A DNA stretch of 64,000 bases, from assembly GCA_016709225.1 (NCBI GenBank), contig JADJEE010000012.1:2179630-2243629 (forward strand). Direction: 5' to 3'. A model generated the notes under the pieces. It saw only the letters and a list, made by a program, of their open reading frames with translations, was not told the origin of the DNA and made no database searches. This stretch comes from Deltaproteobacteria bacterium. Its GTDB lineage: Bacteria; Myxococcota_A; Polyangia; Nannocystales; Nannocystaceae. Shown piece by piece: positions 10,649 to 18,578 of the stretch. The number at the start of each line of letters is the position of its first letter. Position 1 is the stretch's first letter. Both the position numbers and the translations under genes were made by a program.

Positions 10649-11409
10649 CTACCGATGCAGCACTCGGGCGGGTTCTCGAAACGCACGCAGGAACCACAGC
10701 ACACCCGCGGCGAGCACCGCCAACGAGAACAGCCCGCACACCAGCCCCCAGATCCAGTACGTGCCCCCGAGTGCCTGCGCGATCACGGCGGTGTCCGACG
10801 GCATGTTGCCGACCGCGGTCGCGGCGACGTCGGTGAAGAGGTAGTCGGCCCGCGAGAACACCGACAGCGCCAGCTGGGTCGCGAGGAACACCGCGCCCAG
10901 CTGGGCGGACGCCGCGTTGCCGCGCACCGCCAGCCACACGAGCACGCCAGCGACGACGGCAGTGAAGCCGATGCCGAAGCCGTTGCGCACGAACAACGCC
11001 AGCGCGAGCACCAGGCCGATCGCAGTGAGCCACAGGAACGCCCGCGCGCCGCGTCGCGAGCGACCCGAGGCGAACGCGATCGCGGCCACGATCGCAGGCC
11101 CGAGCAGTCCGCCCGCGGCGGTGATCGCATGGGTGACGGCGCCGCCCGAGCCGCTGTGACTCGCGACGCCGGAGCCGTCGGCATACATCACCAACGACTC
11201 GAAGCGCCCGCCGGTGAGCATCGCGGCGACGCCGTGCCCGAGCTCGTGGAACAGCGTCGACAGCAGCAACAGCGGGTAGGCCAGCAACGCGCCGAACGGA
11301 ATCAGATACAGCGCGAGCGTGAGCACCACGCTCCACTTCAGGGCGGCGCGCGCACGGCGGCGCGCTGCCGCGTCCTCGAGCCAGTCGGACAATTGTCGCG
11401 ATCCCATGC
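10649..11409 (-). CDS. M50-family (M50B-like) membrane metallopeptidase
   Basis: HExxH zinc motif LFHELGHGVAAM embedded in a TM helix, with five or six TM segments. Start re-picked at the ATG giving MGSRQLSDWLED. Sits directly upstream of the ECF sigma on the same strand. Confidence 0.7.
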
Positions 11410-11495
11410 GCAGTGCTCCCCCCGAATTGCTGCACCCTCCAACGGCCCGGCGCAACCCGAGGTCTGCACGGGAATGCTGCTACACTCGCGCGCGT

Positions 11496-11867
11496 TTGGA
11501 ACCCGCACGACGACGGACCCAGGCGACCGCCGCTGCATCGCGAACTTCCATCGCGATCGCGCTGGTCGTGGCACTCGCGTGGGCGTGCGGCAGCGTCGAG
11601 CCCGATGACGGCGGCGCGAGTCATGGTGGCGCGACCGCGGGCAGCGACGGCTCGGGCGCCGACAGCTCCGCAGGCTGCACACCAGGCGCAGAGGGCTGCG
11701 CATGCACGCCCGGTGGCGCATGCGACGGCGTGCTCACCTGCCTGTCGAACCTCTGCGTCGACGCCGGACCGATGTGCCCCGTCGGTGAAGAGGGCTGCCC
11801 CTGCACCCGGGGTGGCACGTGCGATCCCGGCCTGCAGTGCGTGTCGACGACCTGCGTCGCGCCGTGA
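11496..11867 (+). CDS. Small secreted cysteine-rich repeat protein
   Basis: TTG start gives MEPARRRTQATAAASRTSIAIALVVALAWACGS (signal peptide). The mature part carries three C-x-PGG-x-CD-x-L-x-C-x-S-x-C repeats. Start is uncertain; the track ORF begins at 11319 inside the M50 gene. Confidence 0.45.
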   Translation: MEPARRRTQATAAASRTSIAIALVVALAWACGSVEPDDGGASHGGATAGSDGSGADSSAGCTPGAEGCACTPGGACDGVLTCLSNLCVDAGPMCPVGEEGCPCTRGGTCDPGLQCVSTTCVAP

Positions 11868-11886
11868 AGGCGCACCGCCGCCCGCG

Positions 11887-12792
11887 TCAGGGAGCCGGTG
11901 CGACGGCGCCGTCGGGCGCTGCCTTCGTGGGCTGCACGGCCTCGGCACCACCGGTCGGCATCGCGAACTTCGTGCCGTCGACGGGCACGTTGAACTCGAC
12001 CACCGTGAGCGTCTGCGTGGCCTTCGCGATGCTGATGTCCATCACTTGCTGGTAGGGCAGCTTGAAACCGTCGACCTCGCGATAGTCCTCGAGCTTGACC
12101 GACACCGGCGTGTCGCCCAGCGGCGAGGCCTGGCTGAACGCGTGGGCGACCTGCAGGCCGGACGCAGCATCGAAGCTGAGCGTGACCTTGGTGCCGCTCT
12201 TGGCCGCGAGCTCGACGTCGTAGACCTTCTTGCCGTCGAGGTCGCGCTCGCCGACCGTCTTCGCGGTCTCGAAGTAGCGCTGCCACTGGGCCGGCAGCGA
12301 CGGGCTCGAGGCCCACGCCTGCTGCTCGGCCTCGACGCCGGTCAGCTTCCGCAGGCCGCTGATCGGGTCTTCGGACCAGCTGACGTCGCCCTGCTTGCCG
12401 GCGCGCACGGTGCCGATGCCGACCATGGTCTGCTCGCTGTAGAAGTCGCCGTTCTTCCACCACAGCTTCATGTCGCCCGTGATGTTCTGGCCGCTGACCG
12501 CCACCGTGCCCTCGAGGTGAAGGCTCTCGAGCGCGTCGACCTTGGCCTTGCCGCCCTGGGCCTCGACGGCCTTGGCGAGCAGCGTCTCGGCGCTCGGGAG
12601 CCCGGCCGCAGCGGCGTCACTGCCACCGGCCTCGGCCTTGCCACCGTCGGCCTTGTCGGTCGCAGCCTTGCCGCCGTCGGCCTTGGCGGCCGTCGCCTTG
12701 CCACCGTCGGTGGTGGCGTCCTTCTTGTCGTCGCAGCCGGCCGCGAACACGAAGCTCGCGAGCACGAAGGTCAGCAGCGCTGGGGCACGCAT
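11887..12792 (-). CDS. Lipoprotein with low-complexity (K-A-D-G-G-K-A)n linker
   Basis: Lipobox FVFAAGC, then three KADGGKA(A/T) repeats and a globular C-terminal domain. Its ATG overlaps the S41 stop (TGATG). Confidence 0.6.
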   Translation of the reverse strand: MRAPALLTFVLASFVFAAGCDDKKDATTDGGKATAAKADGGKAATDKADGGKAEAGGSDAAAAGLPSAETLLAKAVEAQGGKAKVDALESLHLEGTVAVSGQNITGDMKLWWKNGDFYSEQTMVGIGTVRAGKQGDVSWSEDPISGLRKLTGVEAEQQAWASSPSLPAQWQRYFETAKTVGERDLDGKKVYDVELAAKSGTKVTLSFDAASGLQVAHAFSQASPLGDTPVSVKLEDYREVDGFKLPYQQVMDISIAKATQTLTVVEFNVPVDGTKFAMPTGGAEAVQPTKAAPDGAVAPAP

Positions 12793-14249
12793 CAGTGGGT
12801 TTCTCCTGCGGGAGGGGTCGGAGCGGGGGTGGCCGTCGAGCCGCCCAGCGACGCCACCGCGGCGTCGAGGACCGGATCGTGGCCCGCGGCGAAATCGGCA
12901 CGATGCTCGGGTACCACGACATCGGGCACCACGCCGACCCCCTCGACGAGCTCGCCCTTGGGCGAGCGGTAGTCGCCGACGACGTACTGCAGGATCGCGC
13001 CGCCCGGCAGCTCGTCGATCACCGACGGCAACGCGGCGCCGGCCGAGGGGCGCGCCCCGAACACCTTCACGCGATCGAGGTCGCGGAGGCCGGCCGCAAA
13101 GATCTCCGAGGTGCTCGCGGTGCCCTCGTCAACCAACAGCGCGATGGGGCCGGCGAACGCCAGCGGGTTGCCCTCGACGTTGAACTCCTGGGCGAAGTCG
13201 CGAAACTGCAGCTTGCCGAGGCTGCCGGGCGACTGCAGCAACATGCGTGCGACCGGCACGCTCATCGCACCGACGCCGCCAGGGTTGCCGCGCAGATCGA
13301 GCACCAACGCGGTCATGCCCTGGCTGCGCAGCTCGTTCATGCCGGTCTCGACGCGCTTGACCATCGGCAGCATCCACACGTTGAACGCGAGGTAGCCGAC
13401 GGTGGTGCCCGGCACCATGCGGTGCTCGACGCGGGTCGGGATGTTCTCGAGGTTGCCGAGCGTCACGCGCTCGCCCTCGGGATCGGTGCAGGTCAGCACG
13501 CGCACGAGCTTGCGCTCGCTGCCGGGCTCCGCGACCTCGAGCTTCTTGGTCTGTCCCGGGCGCGCGCACGACAGCCGCGCCTCGGCGACGCGCGCGATCT
13601 CGAAGGCGAACGCCGACTCGCGCTCGGCGTGTCCGCGCACGCGCGTGATCGCGGCGCCGAAGTCCTGCCCGTCGATGGCCAGCAGCGCGGCCCCGGCCGC
13701 GACCGGTCCGAGGTGTCCGGTCGCGTGGCTCTCGACCACCACCAGGCTGTCGTCGACCCAACGCACGCGCAACGGTGGCGTCGCGGTGCCCTCGCGCTGG
13801 TCTTCGTCGGCCGCGCCGTCGGGCGGGAACAGCCGGAAGTGACTCTGCCCGAGCTCACCGAGCATCTCGTTGATGATCGCGTACGCGCGCGTGGCATCGT
13901 CGACACCGACGAGCCGCTGGGCGTACTGCAGGCGCAGCGCGGGCCAGTCCTTGCAGCCGAGCTTCGGGTCGTAGTGCTTCTCGAGCACCTTGAGCCACAC
14001 CTGCTGCAACACCTCGACGAACTTGCCCTCCGGCAGCGGTGGCAGCGACGCGGGATCCAGCGTGGAGTAGTCGGTGCAGGCGGCCGGGTCGCGCACCGGG
14101 GCACCGCTGCGGTCCTTCTCGGCCGCGTGCGGATCGGCCGGCGCCGCGACGGCCGCCGGGGTCGACACCGGGCTCGACTCGCCGCACGCGGGCGCAGCGA
14201 TCGCTGCACACCACCACCATCGAAGGTGCCCTCGACGACGCGCGATCAT
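12792..14249 (-). CDS. S41 family C-terminal processing peptidase (CtpA/Tsp-like, PDZ-containing)
   Basis: Conserved S41 block ALVLDLRGNPGG, PDZ region, catalytic-Ser region. Start re-picked at MIARRRGHLRWWWCAAIAAPACG (signal/lipoprotein-like). The long upstream extension of the track ORF is Arg-rich junk. Confidence 0.8.
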   Translation of the reverse strand: MIARRRGHLRWWWCAAIAAPACGESSPVSTPAAVAAPADPHAAEKDRSGAPVRDPAACTDYSTLDPASLPPLPEGKFVEVLQQVWLKVLEKHYDPKLGCKDWPALRLQYAQRLVGVDDATRAYAIINEMLGELGQSHFRLFPPDGAADEDQREGTATPPLRVRWVDDSLVVVESHATGHLGPVAAGAALLAIDGQDFGAAITRVRGHAERESAFAFEIARVAEARLSCARPGQTKKLEVAEPGSERKLVRVLTCTDPEGERVTLGNLENIPTRVEHRMVPGTTVGYLAFNVWMLPMVKRVETGMNELRSQGMTALVLDLRGNPGGVGAMSVPVARMLLQSPGSLGKLQFRDFAQEFNVEGNPLAFAGPIALLVDEGTASTSEIFAAGLRDLDRVKVFGARPSAGAALPSVIDELPGGAILQYVVGDYRSPKGELVEGVGVVPDVVVPEHRADFAAGHDPVLDAAVASLGGSTATPAPTPPAGETH

Positions 14250-14953
14250 TCGTAGGTGACGCGCTCGAGCGCCGACAGATCCAACACGACGATCTCCTGG
14301 CGGCTCAGGTTCAGGATGCCGTTGCGCTGCATCCGGTTGAGCGCGCGCGAGATCTCCTCGCGGACGGTGCCCAGGCGCGCCGCGACGGTGTTCATGTCGA
14401 GCTGGCGCGGGATCACGGTCTGCTTGCCGGGCTCGGCCCCGTTGCGCACCGCGAGCGTGAAGAGGAACGAGGCCAGCCGACGCTCGACCGAACGCAGCGA
14501 CAGGTCGAGCACGAGATCGATGAGGCGGTTGGCGCGGAAGGCCATGTGGCGCATCAGCGCGAACGCGAGCGCCTCGGATCGGGCGGTGAGCTTGACGACC
14601 GCGTCGGTCTCGAAGCGATACACCTCGGAGTCGGCCATCGCGAAGGCACTCGCGGCGCACTGCACGTCGCGGGGCAGAAAGCCCTCGCCGATCATCTTGC
14701 CGGGCTCCGCGAGGTAGAGGATCTGCTCGCGACCCTCGCTCGAGATCAGGCTCAGCTTGAACTCGCCCGACTTGACCAGGAACAAGCCCGGGCCGGGCTC
14801 ACCGCGGCGGAACAACGAGCGCTTGCGCTTGACGTCGAGCAGCTCCGCGATCTGGTTCAGTTGTCCGAGCACGTCGTCGGGCACGCGGTCCCAACCTGCC
14901 CAACGCTTGAGCATCTTCGAGACCAGCTCGGCATCCGCGGCGTCGACAGCCAT
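14246..14953 (-). CDS. Crp/Fnr family transcriptional regulator
   Basis: cNMP-binding beta-roll (…FLVKSGEFKLSLISSEGREQILYLAEPGKMIGE…) and C-terminal HTH (TVIPRQLDMNTVAARLGTVREEISRALNRMQRNGIL). Start at MAVDAADAELV. 4-nt overlap with the S41 peptidase start. Confidence 0.8.
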   Translation of the reverse strand: MAVDAADAELVSKMLKRWAGWDRVPDDVLGQLNQIAELLDVKRKRSLFRRGEPGPGLFLVKSGEFKLSLISSEGREQILYLAEPGKMIGEGFLPRDVQCAASAFAMADSEVYRFETDAVVKLTARSEALAFALMRHMAFRANRLIDLVLDLSLRSVERRLASFLFTLAVRNGAEPGKQTVIPRQLDMNTVAARLGTVREEISRALNRMQRNGILNLSRQEIVVLDLSALERVTYE

Positions 14954-15101
14954 GCGCGGAGTGTAACCCCATGCGCACGCGCACGCGACACTTCTCACGC
15001 GCGATCGCGGGTCTTTCCTGCCCCTCGCAGGGCCCCGCCGCCACCGGGCGCCGGCGGCCCCGGGCCCTCGAGGCCGGCGCCTGTTGGGGGCACCCGCAAC
15101 C

Positions 15102-15458
15102 CTACGCGGGGTCGGGCACGGGCTCGAAGCGCCCACCGCGAAAGCGGCCCCGCTTGGGGCCGAGCGGCTCGGCCTCGTGCGAGAGCTGCCGCAGCCAAGT
15201 CCACGCGTAGATGCCAGCGTCGTGACCGTCCGAGAAGCGGATGCCGAGCGCGTACGCGCCCATCTCGTAGAGTCCGACGGCGGCGATGTCCGGCGCCACC
15301 TCGAGCTGGCGGACGACGTCGCCGTGGCCCTGGCACTGCGCGCACGGGCACCAGCTGCGAAGGTAGGGGATCGCCAGCTCGCTGTGGCTGCCGTCGTCCC
15401 ACGTCACCAGCAACGCGTTGCGTCCGATCGAGTGCGCGATGTCGGTCGGTGCGCCCAT
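15102..15458 (-). CDS. DUF971 (gamma-butyrobetaine hydroxylase-like N-terminal domain) protein
   Basis: 119 aa. VTWDDGSHSELAIPYLRSWCPCAQCQGH motif and GLYEMGAYALGIRFSDGHDAGIYAWTWL are typical of DUF971. The upstream 89 aa of the track ORF are low-complexity. Confidence 0.6.
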   Translation of the reverse strand: MGAPTDIAHSIGRNALLVTWDDGSHSELAIPYLRSWCPCAQCQGHGDVVRQLEVAPDIAAVGLYEMGAYALGIRFSDGHDAGIYAWTWLRQLSHEAEPLGPKRGRFRGGRFEPVPDPA

Positions 15459-15525
15459 GGCCTCTCGCCGCACGAGACTACCACGCGCGCTTGAACGCGG
15501 AAGAGCCCCGCGCGACGATGCCGCG

Positions 15526-15885
15526 GTGCAGCGCCTGACCGTCCTCACCCTGGTGTCGTGCCTCGCGATCGCGTGCAGCCGCGAACCGACGCAGGCCGGC
15601 GAAGGCGGCGGCGAGGGCGGGGCCTCGACCGGCAACTTCGACGACGAGCTCGAGCAGAGCTGTCGACCGTGGTGCATGCACAACGCCGACTGCAACCCCG
15701 GCTCGACCGACCTCGAGACCTGCACCGCGTCGTGCGTCGAGATGAACTCGCACTACGAGGCGCAGGGCCCGGCGTGCCGCGATGCCGTCATCGCGCTGTA
15801 CGACTGCCTGGCCGACGCCGCGTGCATGGACACCAGCGTGTGCCAGGGCGCCAGCAACGCCCGCACCGCGGCGTGTGGCGCGTAG
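15526..15885 (+). CDS. Small cysteine-rich lipoprotein
   Basis: GTG start gives MQRLTVLTLVSCLAIACS (lipobox LAIAC). The mature part has about 12 Cys (…CRPWCMHNADCNPGSTDLETCTASCVEMN…). Start is uncertain. Confidence 0.4.
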   Translation: MQRLTVLTLVSCLAIACSREPTQAGEGGGEGGASTGNFDDELEQSCRPWCMHNADCNPGSTDLETCTASCVEMNSHYEAQGPACRDAVIALYDCLADAACMDTSVCQGASNARTAACGA

Positions 15886-15898
15886 GCCCACGCGCGCG

Positions 15899-16789
15899 TC
15901 AGCTGCCCATCGCCCGCAACACGCCGTCGAGGCGGTGACACAGCTCGACCGGCACCCACAGGCGCCGGCCCTGCGCGTCGCCGCGAAACGCCAGCCCACA
16001 GTGCTCGAGCTCGGTGCACGGCGTGGTCGGCTGTGCCGCGTCGCCGACCGCGAGCGCCAGGGTCGGCTGCGACAACACGGCTTCGATCGCACGCTCGTCG
16101 AGGCGATCGCGAACCAGCACCGCCAGCAGCTCGAGCGCCGCGGTCGACAGCGTCGCCACCAGGATCCCCAGCAGGTGATCGTCGCGCAGCACTCGCTCGA
16201 CGTCGGCGGCGAGCAGCATGCGGGCCTCCGGATCGCCGTCGGCGCCCAACCGGCGCGACAGGCCCAAACGACGCGCGATGGCGCCGAGCGTGGCCTCGTC
16301 GGCGTCGCCGAGACCCGTCCGCAGCGAGCGTGGGCGCAGCTCGTTGGCCGCGGGGGCTTCGTCCTCGGGCGCGCGATGGGGATGAACGAGCGGTGCCGAC
16401 AGCTCCGAGGGATCGACGCGGATCGCGAGCTCGAACGAACGCAGGCGCGCGCGCTCGTGGCCGTTGAGACCGGCCACCACCGCACGCACGACCGCGTGCA
16501 GCGCCCGCGTGGCCTCGAGCACACCGGCGTCCGGGGCCGCGGCGTCGTCACGCCCGAGATAGCGGGCGGTCACGGCATCGGCATGGGCCAGGCGCGACAC
16601 CAACTCGCTGGGCCAGCTCGCGAACGCATGCCCGCTCGCCTGCAAGGCACGCAGGAACCGCGCGACGCTTCGCCGCGTCGCACGGACCTCGTCGACCGCC
16701 ATGGTGGTCGGCGGCAGCTCGGGTTCGGACGCGACGAGCCGCAGATGATGGGTCGACTCGGAGCTCATGCTTGCTCTGCATCGCCGCAC
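15899..16789 (-). CDS. Hypothetical protein
   Basis: Normal composition (helical, Leu/Ala-rich), whereas the overlapping -strand ORF 15478..16551 is Arg/Ser/Cys junk. No domain recognised. Confidence 0.45.
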   Translation of the reverse strand: MRRCRASMSSESTHHLRLVASEPELPPTTMAVDEVRATRRSVARFLRALQASGHAFASWPSELVSRLAHADAVTARYLGRDDAAAPDAGVLEATRALHAVVRAVVAGLNGHERARLRSFELAIRVDPSELSAPLVHPHRAPEDEAPAANELRPRSLRTGLGDADEATLGAIARRLGLSRRLGADGDPEARMLLAADVERVLRDDHLLGILVATLSTAALELLAVLVRDRLDERAIEAVLSQPTLALAVGDAAQPTTPCTELEHCGLAFRGDAQGRRLWVPVELCHRLDGVLRAMGS

Positions 16790-16883
16790 GAGCGCGGGTC
16801 CTTGAAGCCCGTGGCGCGCAGCCGTAGCCCGATCCCGGCCGCACGGAGCACCGCTTCGGCCGGAAATTTGTTCGGCCGCTGCC

Positions 16884-16895
16884 TACATGTAGGAT
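16884..16895. promoter_or_regulatory. Perfect 12-bp palindrome CCTACATGTAGG immediately upstream of the 16902 gene
   Basis: cctacatgtagg is its own reverse complement and lies 7 nt upstream of the ATG at 16902, in the divergent intergenic region. Confidence 0.3.
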
Positions 16896-16901
16896 AGTGG
16901 C

Positions 16902-17336
16902 ATGGACCCCGAGAACCCCCGTTTTCACGGTCAGAAGAGCTTCCGCGTGCAGCCGCTCCCGCGCCCGGGCGGACCCCTCTTCGACCGTCGCAAGCGGCGG
17001 TCGAGCTCGACGGCGGTGGCGATCGAGCTCGCACTGACCAGCGCCGCGGCGCGGGCCAAGCTCGACGCGCTGCTGGTCGTCGACGACGACGGCATGCTGG
17101 TCGCACGCTCGCGGGGTTCGCTGGATCTCTCGATGCTCGCCGCAGTGACGCCCATCGTGGGCCGCGGGCAGGCCATCCCGCGCATCAAGCGGGACGGTCG
17201 CGCGCTCGATCTGAGCGTCGAGACCATCGAGATCGACGGTGAGCGCTTCTATGTCGCGGCGCTCGGCGGCCGCTACCTCGAGCGCAAGCGCGAGCTCGAC
17301 TCCGGCGCGCTCGCGGCCCGCCGCATCCTCGCGTGA
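16902..17336 (+). CDS. Roadblock/LC7-like (MglB-like) domain protein
   Basis: 144 aa. LDALLVVDDDGMLVARSRG…LAAVTPIVG…IETIEIDGERFYVAALGG resembles the roadblock/LC7 fold pattern. Assignment is tentative. Confidence 0.4.
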   Translation: MDPENPRFHGQKSFRVQPLPRPGGPLFDRRKRRSSSTAVAIELALTSAAARAKLDALLVVDDDGMLVARSRGSLDLSMLAAVTPIVGRGQAIPRIKRDGRALDLSVETIEIDGERFYVAALGGRYLERKRELDSGALAARRILA

Positions 17337-17343
17337 GCAACGG

Positions 17344-18543
17344 CTACGGAGCCCCGAGCGCCCGGATCGCCGCGGTGACGCCGACGTCCTTCTCGCCCAC
17401 GACCGGCATGTCTCCGGTCAACGCGACCGCGACGTCGGGTGTCACGCCGCTGCCGTCGACCAGGCGATCGTCGGGCGAGTAGTAGCGCGCGATCGTGAAG
17501 GTCGCGACCGAGCCGTCGGGCAGGCCCATCACCTCCTGCACGGTGCCCTTGCCATAGCTGCGCTCACCGACGACGCGCGCACGCCCGCGATCTTGCAGCG
17601 CGGCCGCCAACAGCTCCGATGCCGACGCGCTGTGGCGGTCCTGCAGCACGACGATCGGCGTGGCGAGATCGGTGCCAGGGGCGTGTGCGGACTCCTCGCG
17701 CAGGATTCGCCCGCCACGTCCGCGGGTCCGCATCAACACCCCGTCGGCGACGAAGGTATCGGCGATGACCAGCGCCTCACCGACCTCGCCGCCGGGGTTG
17801 CCGCGCAGGTCGATCACGATGCCGGCGAGGTCCTTGCCGAGCGCGTGGCGTCGGGCCTCGATCGCGCGCTTGAACGCGTCGCCGCTCTCGGCCCCGAAGC
17901 GCCGCAGGACCACGTGCACGTAGCTGCGCCCAGCCTCGTCGCGCACGACCGCGGTCTCGAGCATCTTCGTGCTGGGGCGCGCCAGCACCAACTCGACCGC
18001 ACGGGGGCCGTTGCCGTCGACGGGCTGGACCAACAACGCGACCTCGTCGCCGATCGCACCGACCAGCAGGAGCTCGGCCTCGCGCTGCGACGCGAGCGCG
18101 TCGACGGACTTGCCGGCGATCTCGACCACCGCATCGCCCGGGCGTAGGCCCTCGCGCGCCGCCGGGGAGTCGGGCGCCACCGCCAGCACCTCGAGGCGAC
18201 GCGCTCGCGAAGCAGCTTCGGTGCGCATCGCGACTGCAAGCCCGGTCTCACCCGAGTGCTTGTGGCGGCGCAGCGCCTTGCGATCGGCGGCGCTCAGGAA
18301 GTGACTGTGGGGATCGAGCTCGCCCAACATCGCCGAAAGCCCCGCGGACAACAACGCGGCCTCGTCGACCGGCTCGTAGTAGCGGGAGAACACCGCCTCC
18401 ACCGCCTGGTCGAAGCCCGCACGATCCAGCCGCGGCGCCGATGCAGCCCGCAGACCGGGCTCCAGCGCCGCAGTTGCGACCAGGGTGCACACCACACCGA
18501 GCGCAAACCCCACGGCGCCGATTCGACGCTTCATCCCAACCAT
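17344..18543 (-). CDS. S41 family C-terminal processing peptidase with PDZ domain
   Basis: IVIDLRGNPGG block, PDZ (…GLRPGDAVVEIAGKSV…), catalytic region (…DRHSASASELLAAALQD…GERSYGKGTVQ). Signal peptide MVGMKRRIGAVGFALGVVCTLVATAAL. Second S41 paralogue in the window. Confidence 0.8.
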   Translation of the reverse strand: MVGMKRRIGAVGFALGVVCTLVATAALEPGLRAASAPRLDRAGFDQAVEAVFSRYYEPVDEAALLSAGLSAMLGELDPHSHFLSAADRKALRRHKHSGETGLAVAMRTEAASRARRLEVLAVAPDSPAAREGLRPGDAVVEIAGKSVDALASQREAELLLVGAIGDEVALLVQPVDGNGPRAVELVLARPSTKMLETAVVRDEAGRSYVHVVLRRFGAESGDAFKRAIEARRHALGKDLAGIVIDLRGNPGGEVGEALVIADTFVADGVLMRTRGRGGRILREESAHAPGTDLATPIVVLQDRHSASASELLAAALQDRGRARVVGERSYGKGTVQEVMGLPDGSVATFTIARYYSPDDRLVDGSGVTPDVAVALTGDMPVVGEKDVGVTAAIRALGAP

Positions 18544-18578
18544 CGTGGCGTATCCTCCGCGCGAGGTCAAAGCACCCC

